From an uncultured Chloroflexia bacterium (GTDB lineage: Bacteria > Chloroflexota > Anaerolineae > B4-G1 > SLSP01), in contig CAVVUS010000043.1 in the NCBI GenBank assembly GCA_963751345.1, forward strand, positions 78,111 to 142,110: a stretch of 64,000 nucleotides of DNA, given 5' to 3'. Positions 8,865 through 20,383 of the stretch are shown here, piece after piece. The position numbers were made by a program, and so were the translations under genes. The notes below the pieces were generated by a model that saw only the letters and a program-made list of their open reading frames with translations, was not told the DNA's origin and made no database searches. Within the stretch, counting starts at the first letter, position 1. Each line of letters opens with the position of its first letter.

Positions 8865-11406
8865 CTACTTAGTCACGTAACGAAGCAACCGGATCGCCGC
8901 ATGCTTGGCGCCGGGCTCACTCTCCCCGGTCGGTCCCACGCACGAAGGACAGCCATCCGCACACGAACAGCCCTCGGCCCTTTCCAGCGCCACGTGGGCC
9001 AACTCAGGCCAAAGATCCACCAGCCGGGGCGCAAGCCCGACGCCACCCGGCACAGCATCGTAGACGATGATCGCCGGTTGGCCGCTCTCGGCGTCCCGAG
9101 CCTCGACCGAGGTACCCAGGTCGCCGGGATCACACATCAGGAAGACCGGGGCCAGATGGCGCAGGAGATGGGCCATCCCGCTCAAAGCAGTTCTGGCTCC
9201 CCGGGCTCTCTCCACGATCCGGTGGCAGACGGGACAGAGCGTGATTAGGTTCTCCGGGGCGTGGGCCAAACGCAACGCCATCGCCCGTGCATACTGCGAC
9301 ATAAACGTCCGCAACGGTGTCAGGTGATGGACCTCCAGGGGGCGTTCCGGCAGACCGGGCTGCCCACAGAGTCGGCAGCGATGGCCGTCCCGGGTCAGCA
9401 TCCGGTTACGTATCTCCGGCCACTCCGGGCCATAGTCCAGGGGCGCGACCATCACTCCCTCGTCGGCCAGGGCCTCCACCACAGCAGCGTCCAGTGTCAA
9501 TCGGAAAGCCTCGGTCTCCATCTGCTGCTCGGGCAGATGGATTTCCCCCCAACCAAGGGTTTCGTGCGATCCGAGGTGGACGCGGCGATAGGCAGTCGGT
9601 CGGGTATAGACCATCACCTCCTCGTCGGTCCGGGCGACACCTTCTTCGTAGCCATCACCTGCCGGGAGCCTGCGCCGCAGGAGGCGTCGCTCCACCTTGG
9701 TCGTCGCTGAAGCTACGGTGTAGTAATCCAGATCAACGGCCCGGCCATAGGCCACCCCTTGCTCCCAGTCCAGCGACTCAATTAGGTAGGGCGCCGCACC
9801 GTGGAAGTACACGGCGCCCTCGTGGACCAAACGTGGTGCGCTGGGACGATCCACAATGCCGATCACACCCTCATCGGTCACGCGGACCACAATGTTGTCG
9901 GGTGTCGCACTGCGCAGCGAGACCATCTGCGCCGGATACGTTTCGCCGACCCAAGTAAACTGATCCTGACTGCGGTGCAGCATGCCTTCTGCGGATAAGG
10001 CATCCAGGAGATTCTCGACGCTCATCTGACCGCCGAAGCGCTCGTCATGCTGGAAGGGCAGTTCGAATGCTGCGCACGTCACGTGGGAGGCCAGGAGGCT
10101 CAGCGTGTTGGGGTTCACCCGCGCCTCCTCCGGCGAGCGACCGAAGAAATACTCCGGATGCGCGACCACGTACTGATCCAACGGCGCCGGGGTAGCGACC
10201 ATCACCGAGAGCGAGGCCCCGGCCCTTCGACCCGCTCGCCCCATCTGCTGCCGCGTGCCGGCAATAGTCCCCGGGTAGCCCACGAGCACAGAAGCGTCAA
10301 GGTCTCCAATGTCGATGCCAAGTTCTAGCGCATTCGTCGCAATCACCACACGCACCTGCCCCGTCCGCAGCCCGAGCTCGATGTCGCGACGCTCGTGAGG
10401 AAGATAACCACCACGATATCCCCGGACGACCTCGGGGTCGTATCCCAGATGTTCGGCCCGCGCCCGCATCTCTCTCAGGAGGAGTTCCACCGACAGCCGC
10501 GAACGCGCGAAGACGATCGTCTGTACGTCGGCCTGGAGCAAGCGCGTGGTAAGGTGACAGCGCCTCGTCGGTCGCGCTGGCGCGTAGCCCTAACGTGGGA
10601 TTCAGAAGGGGCGGATTGTAGAAAATGACGTGACGTGTGCCATAGGGCGCCCCATCCTCCTCCACCGCGGCCACCGGGCTCTCCCATAGAGCTTCAGCCA
10701 ACTCCCGGGCGTTGGAGATCGTAGCCGAGGCTGCCAGACACTGCGGGCCGGCACCGTAGAATCCGGCCACGCGTCGCAGTCGCCGCATCACGTTCGCTAC
10801 GTGGCTGCCGAAGACGCCTCGATAGACGTGGAGTTCGTCAAGGACCACATAACGCAACCCCTGGAAGAAACGCATCCATTGGGTGTGGTGGGGCAGGATC
10901 CCCAGATGCACCATGTCGGGGTTCGAGATCAGGATCCGCGCTTCTTTCCGGATCGCCGAGCGCAGACGTTGGGGGGTATCCCCATCGTAGGGGCGCAGTG
11001 CAATTGGAGCGTTCAGCGCGCCAATCCATCGCTCGATCGCCGTCATCTGGTCGTGCGCCAGCGCCTTGGTGGGATAGAGCAAAAGGGCAGTTGCCTTGGG
11101 ATCGCGAAGCAGCGCGTGCAAGACAGGCAGGACATATCCGAGCGTCTTGCCCGAAGCCGTTCCCGTGGCCAGGACCACATTCTCTCCGCGCAGTACCGCG
11201 TCAATCGCGGCCGCCTGATGCGTGTAGAGCGACCTTATACCCAGTGAGGAGGCCGCTGTCCGCAGCCGTGGATCTAGGGTTGCAGGCCACTGACTGGTAA
11301 GCGCGGGGCGCTTCGGGAGCGTCTGCCAGGCGGTCACATTGCGAATGAAACGCGGATCGGCTTGCTGGCGGGCCAGCAGGGATTCCAGGCGGTCTCGGGC
11401 CTCCAT
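8865..11406 (-). CDS. MrfA/YprA/Hrq1-family DEAH helicase with C-terminal DUF1998 Zn domain and an inserted HNH domain; frameshift near 10550
   Basis: TGTASGKT, YPTKALAHDQ, DELH, SAT, ATNALELGIDIG, QQMGRAGR, YDAVPGGVG, CSCADGCPSC, distributed over ORFs 10297..11460 and 8865..10541. Confidence 0.9.
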
Positions 11407-11416
11407 AGGATGCGGG

Positions 11417-12667
11417 CTACTCCCCTCCTGCAGGCGTCGCTGCGAATCTCCGCAACGCAAGCGGAATCCCGATAAGCGAGGAGAGCGAGACCAGGATCAG
11501 CGTCGACTCGAAGAGTACTCCAAAGCCGGCAGCCAATCCCCCGGCCGTCGCGTTCGTAGTCGACCACGCAAGTCCCCCTACACTCAAGATCACGTTGAGG
11601 TTCCACAGACCATGGAAGGTGACGGCGCCCAGGTAGGCAAGCGGCAGCACCCACCGGCGTCCCCGCCAGAAAGCACCCCACCCTAGCCCGAGCAAGCCAC
11701 TGGCCGCACAGTGCATGCCGGTGGCGAAAAACCGAACCCCGGCGGCCCCCAACCACCCGGTGGTCCCACCGATACCAATCGCGCCATTGGAGACGCCCTC
11801 AAGCCACGCGAATCCGAGACCGCACGCAACACCCCAGACAAACGACGCGATGACCGATGGCCTGACCCAAATCCCGATGACGCCCATCACCAGCGTCTTC
11901 CCAAACTCCTCGATCAGCGGCGCAATCACGGAAAGAGACAGCACCAAGGTGATGATGACCATCGGCGAGGCAATAACCCCCACAAGCTCCGCGGGATCGG
12001 TGGGGGGATGGACGGACCATTGCTGGGCCAGAGCCCTCAGCCGGTCGAATCTGTGCAGAGCCGCCGGGAAGCAGCAACGTCACGACCGCTCCGATAGCGC
12101 CGCTGGCCACCAGACCGGCAATCTCCACAGGCACGGCTAGAAGAACCGTCGACGCACCACCGGCGAGCAACACAACCAGCCGGCGGAGGGATGGCGCACC
12201 CTTTGGGCCTGCAGCCAGCGTCACAAGCGAGAAAAGAAACAGCCCCGGAAAGAGGATCAAAGCGTAATGGAACGGCGCAAAGAGCGGCCGGCTTTGGAGA
12301 TCCTGCGGCAGCAACGCACCGATCACGCCGGCGACGATGCTCAACAGAAGGAAGACGAACCACGCTCGCTTCGCAGAGAATCGCCGAGAAGGGCGGGCAC
12401 GCCATCCTCTACGACCCGCGATGGAGAGACCTATGCCTAACGTCATCGAGATCAGGCCGTAACCTGCGATGACGACGGCAAAGGACTGCAGACTGGCGGT
12501 GAACACAACCGGCAGCACTGCCAACACGAGGCCCAACCCCGACAGGCCCACCCCAACCAGAAAAACCGCGATCCAAAGCCGAGCGGGGCGCAGTACCTGC
12601 AGGGGTCGGCACGAGATCCGATGGCAGCGGAGATATCGACGACCCGAGCCGGGGGATAGGATGTCAA
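11417..12667 (-). CDS. PrsW-family intramembrane glutamic protease; frameshifts near 12040 and 12600
   Basis: APLIEEFGK, GLGFAWLE, MH and FHGLWN motifs; multi-TM N-terminal part in ORF 11799..12551; start approximate. Confidence 0.75.
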
Positions 12668-12846
12668 GCGCGAGCTCCCTCTAAGAAGAGAGGGGGAACA
12701 GAGCTATGCCTTCCGGAATTGCGTCCTTCGACGCACAGAACCCGGACGCTCACCTCTGCTCCCCCTCACATTCGGTCCGACGCAATGACGCGAGAGTCAG
12801 CTTCCGGAGTGAGGTTGTTCAACTCACTCCGGTTCCAAGAACAAGA

Positions 12847-14142
12847 CTACTGAACGGTAACTTCGATCGATTGCACAACGTCAGCCTGTGGGGCCGACGG
12901 GTCACCAACTGCTACTCGCACCAACTGGTCGAGAACGTCCAACCCATCCACAACCTGCCCGACCAAAGCAAACTGACCGTTCAGTTGCGCTGCATCCGAA
13001 CCTAGCGTGAAGAAGAACTGCCCGTTCGGAAGCATCCCTAACAGACCAGGGCGATCGAAGGTGCCCTGAGTCTCGCCCTCGCAGTAGTAGCCGGGATAAC
13101 CAACCGTCGAATTCGTGGGATCCCCTGTAACGGCGACGAAATTATCGCGCACGTAGAAGAACTCCGAGCCGTCGTACCAGCCCTGTTGGGCCAGGAAGAC
13201 AAAGCTATTAACGTTGGCGGGAGCGGACTCTGGCAGAAGGTTGACGGTGAGATCGCCCTTGCTCGTCTTCACCACGGCCTCAATCGTGTTGTCACTCGTG
13301 ATGGTCATAGCAGGAGCATCGGGGAAGAAGATCTGATCCTGACTCTGCACGATGGTCAAGAAGGACTCGAGCCCGCCCAGAGATAGGCCGATGTCAGACG
13401 GGAAGAGAATATTGTCAAAGATGAAACTGGGCGTGCCGGGCAGATTCAAGGCGATGGCCTCATCATACTGGCTCTTTACCTTGTCAGCGTAGGTGCCATC
13501 GTCCAGAGCGGCATTGAAAGCATCCACATCCAGACTCAGATCCTTGGCATAGGAGGTCAGTTCAGCACGAACCTCGTCCATGCTGGCAAGAGCACTCCAT
13601 TGCGTGCTATACTCAAAGAGCATATCGTGCATCTGCCAGAACTTGCCCTGCGCACCGGCAGCCTCGGCGGCCTGAGCGGTGATATCCGCATACTGATGGA
13701 AATCCAGGGGGAAGCTACGATAGACCAGTGCGATGTCAGGATGTTGCTGAATGAACTGGGTCACGATCGGATACATCCCGGCACATCCGGGGCACTGGAA
13801 ATCGGCGTATTCATAGAGTACGATCTTGGCATCCTGGAGGCTGGCACCCGTCACCCAATCCGTATCATCCACGGGGCGCACGGGTAACTCTGGCAGCGGC
13901 TGCACCGTACACGTCCCCGGTGCGTCCGGCGCGACGACCGACACCGGCTCGTTCGGGTCTCCGGTCGGCTGCGGCTGCGGCGTACTAAGGTCCGCAGTAG
14001 GATCGGCCGGGGCGGCCGTAGAGGCTGAGGTCGGCGGCGGAGCAGTCGTCGGCGACGGAGTTGTCGTTCCTGGGTTGCAGGCCGCTAGCAACAATATAAA
14101 GGCCAACCCAAGGGTCGGCAACTTTCGGGTAAGTGATCTCAT
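12847..14142 (-). CDS. Lipoprotein: DsbA/thioredoxin-fold domain fused to a cyclophilin-type peptidyl-prolyl isomerase domain
   Basis: Lipobox LLAAC, P/T linker, YADFQCPGC, FPL, GTPSF, then KTSKGDLTVNL...AP.NVNSFVFLAQQGWYDG...GDPT...G.PGY...GQFFFT...GQVVDGLDVL. Confidence 0.85.
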   Translation of the reverse strand: MRSLTRKLPTLGLAFILLLAACNPGTTTPSPTTAPPPTSASTAAPADPTADLSTPQPQPTGDPNEPVSVVAPDAPGTCTVQPLPELPVRPVDDTDWVTGASLQDAKIVLYEYADFQCPGCAGMYPIVTQFIQQHPDIALVYRSFPLDFHQYADITAQAAEAAGAQGKFWQMHDMLFEYSTQWSALASMDEVRAELTSYAKDLSLDVDAFNAALDDGTYADKVKSQYDEAIALNLPGTPSFIFDNILFPSDIGLSLGGLESFLTIVQSQDQIFFPDAPAMTITSDNTIEAVVKTSKGDLTVNLLPESAPANVNSFVFLAQQGWYDGSEFFYVRDNFVAVTGDPTNSTVGYPGYYCEGETQGTFDRPGLLGMLPNGQFFFTLGSDAAQLNGQFALVGQVVDGLDVLDQLVRVAVGDPSAPQADVVQSIEVTVQ

Positions 14143-14216
14143 CGTGTAGGCTCCTGTTCACCTAATGTGATGCGGATTGTACCAGGTAATATCGCGGGAT
14201 CAACAATCTGATGCTA

Positions 14217-15298
14217 TCACTCTCTGGCGAGAGGTGTTTCGTCACGCTTGTGTTTGCGTGCAGGGCTGGCTTGCGGAGCGTCCAGCACCGACCAGAAGGG
14301 AGCACGTTCTAGGCGCCACAGGGCGACAAGCCCGACTGCAGCAACAAATCCCCCTACAAGATAACCCTCGACGATGGATGCTTGTGTCACGAAGATCGCC
14401 AGTAACCCTGAACATGAAAGCGACGATGTAGAGGAGAAATACCGCCTCACGTCGTGTGAATCCGGCATACGTGAGCCGGTGGGAGGTGTGATCGGTCCCC
14501 GGGGTGGAAAGTGGGTTCAGCCCACGTCGCAATCGAGAGATGGTGACCAGGGTAGTGTCAAAGATCGGCACGCCCAGAACCAGTAGCGGGATCATCCAGG
14601 TCACAAAGGGAACGTTGTCCGGGAACCGTAGCTTGATACCAAGGGAGGCCAACGTGAAGCCAAGGAAAAGGCTGCCGGAATCGCCCATGAAAATGGTCGC
14701 TGGATTCCAATTGTAGATAAGAAACCCGATGCACGCTGCCATGACGGCGACGGCGAGCGCGCCTACCAAGTACTGACCGCTGAGCGCACACAAGATAGAG
14801 AAGTGCGCTGCGGCGATCGCTGCAATGCCTGCGGACAGCCCATCCATATTGTCCAACAGGTTCATAGCGTTGGTGATGCCAACCACCCACAGCACGGTAA
14901 CTGCCAGGTTCAGGAGATGATAGGGGAACACCTGGACGGTAACACCCGTTAGTAGCGAGCAGGCCCGCCGCGAGCAGCTGTCCTGCAAGTTTGATACCTG
15001 CTCCCAGGTGATATCGATCGTCCCAAAAGCCCAGGAAGGAGACGAGGGTTGCCCCGACCAGGATGCCACTCAGTTCGTTGAAGATCCCCCGGAGAAGGAT
15101 GGCTGCCGCCAGCGTGCTCAAGAATATGGCGATGCCCCCCATCCGGGGCGTGGGCACGGTATGAACCTTTCGCGTCGCATCCGGCTGATCCATGATCTGC
15201 CATCGTAAGCCGAGTTTCCGCGCCAGCGGGGTGCCAAGCACTGCCAGACACAGCACCCCGACAAAGACGACCAGGTAGGTCTCGATGTCCGGAATCAT
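14217..15298 (-). CDS. MraY/WecA/TagO-family polyprenyl-phosphate sugar-1-P transferase; several frameshifts
   Basis: [43 protein letters not shown] pieces spread across ORFs 14558..15484, 14242..15069 and 14217..14468. Confidence 0.85.
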
Positions 15299-18200
15299 GG
15301 GGTCGTCCCGGGCGACGCATCCCCGGGAAGCAGGCTGGCGCCTGATAGCTGGTCGATCAGTTGCTGAATAGTGGCTTGCTGGCTCTCGGGTGCGATATTG
15401 AGGGCGGTCTGGGCAGCTTGGAGCGCCTCGGCGACCTGATCCAGATTCGCATAGCTGATGGCCAGCACCCGATACATCTCCCACAGCTCACCGGACGTGG
15501 GGCAAGCTTGGATGGCGTCTTGCAGCGCCAAGGACGCCTCCTCCCACTGAGCCTCTTGCGCGAGCAACGTGCCCACGACGCGGCGAACGGTACAGTTGTC
15601 AACGATCTCCAGCGATCGCTGGTAAGCTTCGATGGCACCGGCGATATCGCCCTGCGAACTGCGAAGGTCCCCTAACAGCATCCACGTCTGATCGAATTCG
15701 GGATCGATCTGCAGCGAGTGCGAGATAGTCTGCTGGAAGCCGACCAGATCTCCCAAATCGGCAGCATAGAGCTGGGCCAATTCATTCCACAAAATCGGGT
15801 TGTGCGGGCTGAGCGTCAGCGCAATCTCATAGTTCTGCAGCGACTTCTGCAACAGGTTCGCACGTTTGGTCTGCAAGCTCAACTGCTGCGTTGCGTCGAG
15901 ACCCTCGGCCTGCAGATCGATGGAGACTCTTGCGGCCCACGATTTGTAGAAGCGTGCGAGGTTCGCGCTGTGGTCCGTATTTAGCGGGTTGATCTGGCGC
16001 GCCTCGTTGAGCACCTGCTCGGTGTTTTCGAAGGCCATCTCCCGCTGATCCGCGGGCGTCCCATCCGGGAGGCCCTGAGCCAGCTCGAGATAGGCCTTAC
16101 CAAGGAAGAGATAATAGTAATCCTCTCTTGGCGCATACTTTATCGCACGTTCGAAGTGCTGGATACCCAGTTGCTTCTCATTGAGCACCTGGCTGTTGGC
16201 AAACACGGAGCCTTGTTTGTAGATGATGTCTGCACGAATCAGGTTGTAGCTACCATCACGTATCACGAAAAAGCCGGGCAGTAACAATACCAGTACTGAA
16301 AGTCCTGCGATTCCTCCGGAGGCACGTGGAAGACGCTCTTCCCGCATCAGTACCCAGCCGGCCATACCCAGCAGGACGAAGATCAGCCCATAATACCGGC
16401 CCAAGAGTCCGCTCAGGGTATCGGCAACGTCCACGACCTGGTCCATGGACGTGATCTGGATGCGCGTCAGCGCCGCTTGGTGACCGGCGACGATACTCCC
16501 AAAGATCAGCACGCCGACCAATGAGATCCCGGCATAGGCGGCGACAGCCACCGGCCATCGGGATGCCCGATCCTGTTCGAAGAGCCCCTCACGATCGAAC
16601 TCGCTCAACCCTACCACGCCGAAGAGCACCCACGTAAAAACGAGGATCATCAAGGCGCCGTATGCCGTTGTGGGTTGAGGATAGTACTTCATCGTCAAAG
16701 ACTTGATGAAGATCTGACCGGCACTCGTGAGACGATCGGGGTTGTTGATGAAATCGAAGGCCAGCGTCCCCAACAAGAACGTGGCAGCAAGAGCCAACGC
16801 CACGACAGCCGCCATCCACGGCGAAAAAAGAGCGTCACGTCGCAAATTCGATGCGGCCCTTCCTCGTGCCGGACGTCGGGACTTCGATGCGTTGGTAGCC
16901 GCGCCGGCCACCGCCGCTTCTGCCACAGGCTGGCTCTCGGGAACCCACATGAGACCCAGAACCACCAGCAGGCCGGCATAAGCCCAGAACGTTGTGCGCG
17001 TGGCGGCGATAGCGATTCCGAAGTTGATCTCCACAAAGTGAGCGATGACACCCGCAAGCAGCCCCATCAAGAGCAAACTGTGCGGATGCGCGCGCAAGGC
17101 ATCGAGAGGATTGACCTCCGTTGATGCCGTCTCCCCGAGCGTGGGCCCTGACAGATGATGGAACCCTTGCCACGTGAGATAAGCCATCGTCCCCACCAGG
17201 ATGCCCAGGGGAATAGCCACGGCAAAAAGATAGGCCCCTTCCAGACGCCACGCGATCAGGAAGAACAACACCGCAAAGAAGACATCCAAATCGATATACA
17301 GCAGCAGTTGCTTACGAGACGAGAGAAGACCCAACCAGTGGAATCCCCAAGCGAAGAAACTCCCGAAGGTGAAGAGATAGGCTGCGAGCCCCAGGATCCC
17401 GGTGATCACCAACGAGTCCAGGGTCTCATTGTGCGAGCGATCGGGCGAGGCAGTCCGCGACTCGTAATGGCCCAACTCGGGCGGGTAGAATGAGTTGTAG
17501 GCCACGTACATCGACTCGGGACCGTAGCCGATGAGCGGTCGAAGGGGGTTGAGATGGTCCGTTGATCCGTCCGGAAAGGTGATGGGCTTATGCACCGAGA
17601 TAAGGTCGACCGCTCCTTGCCAAATCAGGCTTCGCACTTTGCCCGTACCCGACTCCAGCTCGGTGATCTCCGTCAACCGCTTGAGGGGGGACACCTGCCT
17701 GACCTTGTTCTGGAGGGGGCCGGGGACATTGACCAGCAGGAGGCCGAGCGCAATCGTCATGCCCACGCTACCCCAGCCAATCCAAAGCCACTGCCAGCCT
17801 TTTCGCTCGACGATGAAATACAGCCACAGACCGCCGAAGACCAGAAGCGCGAGCCCTCCCCCAACGTAGATCTCCAACGTCCCTTCAAGCGCCCACGCGG
17901 CGAGACCCGCCAGCGCGCCTGCCAGAGCAAGACTCCCCACCCCAAACCCGAATCCCTTTAGAATCGCCAGGAGTTGGCCATCTGCGGGTCCCCCTTCGGA
18001 CCGCGACTGACGTTCCAGCACAATGAGCCCGAGATACGGAAAGACGAAGGCGGAGGCAACGATACCCAACCAAGGTCCGCGGCTCTGGGAATACCAGATG
18101 GCCAGGAGCTGCACGGCGAGGATGAAAATGTAGCCCGAAGCCCTCAATACATCGCTGACCCGCGACTCTTGCCTGCCCAGGATGTCGCCAAAGCTCTGAA

Positions 18201-18801
18201 CGATCCGGGCAGCGGTCAGCGGGACGAGCATAATCAAGTAGGCGGCGACGAAGATCGCATTTCCCATATTCGCCGCGACCCGGCTCGTGACGTCGCCGGC
18301 CCAAGGCAGTGGGTCCAAGCCATTGTGTTGGATAATGCCATAGAGGGAGACGGGGAGACTGTTGAGAATCAGGACCGTGATCAGCCGGCTGAGTTGCGCC
18401 CGCGTGCGGAGACTGGTGAGAATAGCAAAGAAGATGACGAGATAGCTGAATAGTGTATAGGTGCCCTGTAGACGTTGGTACGAGCCGACCAGGCTCGTAT
18501 AGGGAACCAGGGAAGTCGCGGTGCTCACCAAATAGACCAGCATCGTCAGCAGGGCGGGTAACACCAGCGGCGTCTGCACCGAGAAGCGGAGGGCACGCTC
18601 GCCATGAATCCGTTCTTCCACGAGGCGAACCAACCAAAGTATTGCCATGATGAGGGCAAGTGACCTCAGCGTGGTCAATTTGTCGGGCTCGAAGACACGG
18701 CTGGAATAGACATTGAAAAATATGGGGGTGATCGTAACCGCCAGCAGCCAGCCGACTTCCAGCGCGCTGTCACAAAACTGACTAAGCCGAGATGACTTCA
18801 T
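15295..18801 (-). CDS. O-antigen ligase (Wzy_C)-like polytopic membrane protein with C-terminal TPR repeats
   Basis: 1168 aa; GSYQRLQG, MGNAIF, SQSRGPWLG, R..IW, PLIGYGPE, DRSHNE motifs; TPR-like helices in the last ~300 aa. Confidence 0.8.
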   Translation of the reverse strand: MKSSRLSQFCDSALEVGWLLAVTITPIFFNVYSSRVFEPDKLTTLRSLALIMAILWLVRLVEERIHGERALRFSVQTPLVLPALLTMLVYLVSTATSLVPYTSLVGSYQRLQGTYTLFSYLVIFFAILTSLRTRAQLSRLITVLILNSLPVSLYGIIQHNGLDPLPWAGDVTSRVAANMGNAIFVAAYLIMLVPLTAARIVQSFGDILGRQESRVSDVLRASGYIFILAVQLLAIWYSQSRGPWLGIVASAFVFPYLGLIVLERQSRSEGGPADGQLLAILKGFGFGVGSLALAGALAGLAAWALEGTLEIYVGGGLALLVFGGLWLYFIVERKGWQWLWIGWGSVGMTIALGLLLVNVPGPLQNKVRQVSPLKRLTEITELESGTGKVRSLIWQGAVDLISVHKPITFPDGSTDHLNPLRPLIGYGPESMYVAYNSFYPPELGHYESRTASPDRSHNETLDSLVITGILGLAAYLFTFGSFFAWGFHWLGLLSSRKQLLLYIDLDVFFAVLFFLIAWRLEGAYLFAVAIPLGILVGTMAYLTWQGFHHLSGPTLGETASTEVNPLDALRAHPHSLLLMGLLAGVIAHFVEINFGIAIAATRTTFWAYAGLLVVLGLMWVPESQPVAEAAVAGAATNASKSRRPARGRAASNLRRDALFSPWMAAVVALALAATFLLGTLAFDFINNPDRLTSAGQIFIKSLTMKYYPQPTTAYGALMILVFTWVLFGVVGLSEFDREGLFEQDRASRWPVAVAAYAGISLVGVLIFGSIVAGHQAALTRIQITSMDQVVDVADTLSGLLGRYYGLIFVLLGMAGWVLMREERLPRASGGIAGLSVLVLLLPGFFVIRDGSYNLIRADIIYKQGSVFANSQVLNEKQLGIQHFERAIKYAPREDYYYLFLGKAYLELAQGLPDGTPADQREMAFENTEQVLNEARQINPLNTDHSANLARFYKSWAARVSIDLQAEGLDATQQLSLQTKRANLLQKSLQNYEIALTLSPHNPILWNELAQLYAADLGDLVGFQQTISHSLQIDPEFDQTWMLLGDLRSSQGDIAGAIEAYQRSLEIVDNCTVRRVVGTLLAQEAQWEEASLALQDAIQACPTSGELWEMYRVLAISYANLDQVAEALQAAQTALNIAPESQQATIQQLIDQLSGASLLPGDASPGTTP

Positions 18802-19009
18802 TGCAATACTCCTTGAACCACCGAACCATCATCCGCGATCCCAATTCAGTTGGAAAGGTGGTCCGAACCCATAAAATCCGGCACCATGGCCCGACAGGAT
18901 TATATGCTCTAATGATCAAACGGGGCAATTTTATCGTCAGGCGGCGCTGTAACCTTCATATTACCCAAGCAGCACAAGAATGCAATACTTGCCTGCGAAG
19001 GATCCGACC

Positions 19010-20383
19010 CTAGGCCACCAACAACACCATGAGATCGTTCACGTTCGTCCCTGTGGGCCCGATCCGCAGCAAATCCCCAATATCGTCAAGCAAAGGATAG
19101 GCATCGTTATTCCGCAGCGCCACGAGCGGGTCGAGGCCCCGAGCGCGAGCGCGCCTGGCTGTATCACCATCTATGATCGCTCCGGCGGCATCCGTAGGCC
19201 CATCCGTCCCATCGGTGGCCAGTGCCAGGAGTGCGACCCCTTCCACACCCTCCAGATGGATCGCAGCCGAGAGGGCTAGCTCTTGATTCCGGCCTCCTTT
19301 GCCCGTTCCGCGCACGGTGACAGTGGTCTCGCCACCCCAAACGATGCAGGCGGGCAACGATACAGGCTGAGATCGTGACCGGAGCTCCTTCGCGAGAGCG
19401 ACGGCGACTTTGGCCACCTCGCGTGCTTCGCCCTCGACAAAGGTTGTAAGCATCAGGCTGTGATAGCCGAGGTTCCGTGCGTAGCCGGCCGCCGCCTCTG
19501 CAGCCAGCGCGTTGGAGCCCACGATGACATTGGTGACCCGATCAAAGATCACGTCGCCGGGTTTAGGCGTCTCAGGGAAAGCACCGCGCGTCCCCGCTGC
19601 GAGATAGGCAGCGACGGACGGAGGCACCTGATCTTCCAGACCATAGCGAGTGAGGACCGCCAGCGCACCATCATACGTCGTAGGATCCGGACACGTAGGT
19701 CCGGACGCGATGACGTCCAGAGGGTCACCGACGACGTCGGAGAGAATCAGCGCGATCACCGAAGCAGGAGAGGCGAGCCGCGCTAACTGCCCACCCTTGA
19801 GCAGCGATAGGTGCTTGCGCACAGTGTTGACCTCGACAATCGTGGCGCCGGCGCGGAGCAGGAGATTGGTCGTCTCCTGCAGGTCCTGCAGATCCAGACC
19901 CGGCACAGGCGAGGGGGAAAGCGCGGAGCCACCACCCGACAGCAGGAGCAGTACGAGATCCTCCGAGGTCGTCTGCTGCAGGAGATCGATCATCCTGCGG
20001 CTTGCGCGTAGGCCGGACTCATCCGGAATCGGGTGGCCCGCCTCGATCACCTCCAGCGTCGCAGGCAGAGATCGCCCCGTCACGTGCCCGTACTTGGTAA
20101 CCACGATACCGCCGGAAAGGCGGTTGCCCAGCACGGCAGCCGCAGCCGCAGCCATGGGTTCAGCAGCCTTGCCCACAGCCACAATCCATACGTGGCCGTC
20201 AGGTGCGTCGATCTGTAGCTCCCGCTCATCGTCGACACACAGGACATTTCCATCACGACGAAAATGCCGCTCGACGGCATCGTAGGGATCGACGGCACCA
20301 AGCGCGGCGCGCTGGATAGCAGCCAGATCCGCGCGAAGATTCCTGGTCTGCGAATCTTGATGGGGAGACATGTCGGGGGTCAC
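19010..20383 (-). CDS. Glycerate 2-kinase (GckA/TtuD, MOFRL family)
   Basis: GKAA, EAGHPIPD, LSGGGSAL, VRKHLS..KGG, SDVVGD, GGETTV, GGRNQE, TDGTDGPT, TGTNVND. Confidence 0.92.
   Translation of the reverse strand: MTPDMSPHQDSQTRNLRADLAAIQRAALGAVDPYDAVERHFRRDGNVLCVDDERELQIDAPDGHVWIVAVGKAAEPMAAAAAAVLGNRLSGGIVVTKYGHVTGRSLPATLEVIEAGHPIPDESGLRASRRMIDLLQQTTSEDLVLLLLSGGGSALSPSPVPGLDLQDLQETTNLLLRAGATIVEVNTVRKHLSLLKGGQLARLASPASVIALILSDVVGDPLDVIASGPTCPDPTTYDGALAVLTRYGLEDQVPPSVAAYLAAGTRGAFPETPKPGDVIFDRVTNVIVGSNALAAEAAAGYARNLGYHSLMLTTFVEGEAREVAKVAVALAKELRSRSQPVSLPACIVWGGETTVTVRGTGKGGRNQELALSAAIHLEGVEGVALLALATDGTDGPTDAAGAIIDGDTARRARARGLDPLVALRNNDAYPLLDDIGDLLRIGPTGTNVNDLMVLLVA

Noticed and set aside
9205-9440. 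HNH segment as an intein or mobile homing endonuclease
   Set aside because: No intein splice motifs flank it and the insert is only ~75 aa.
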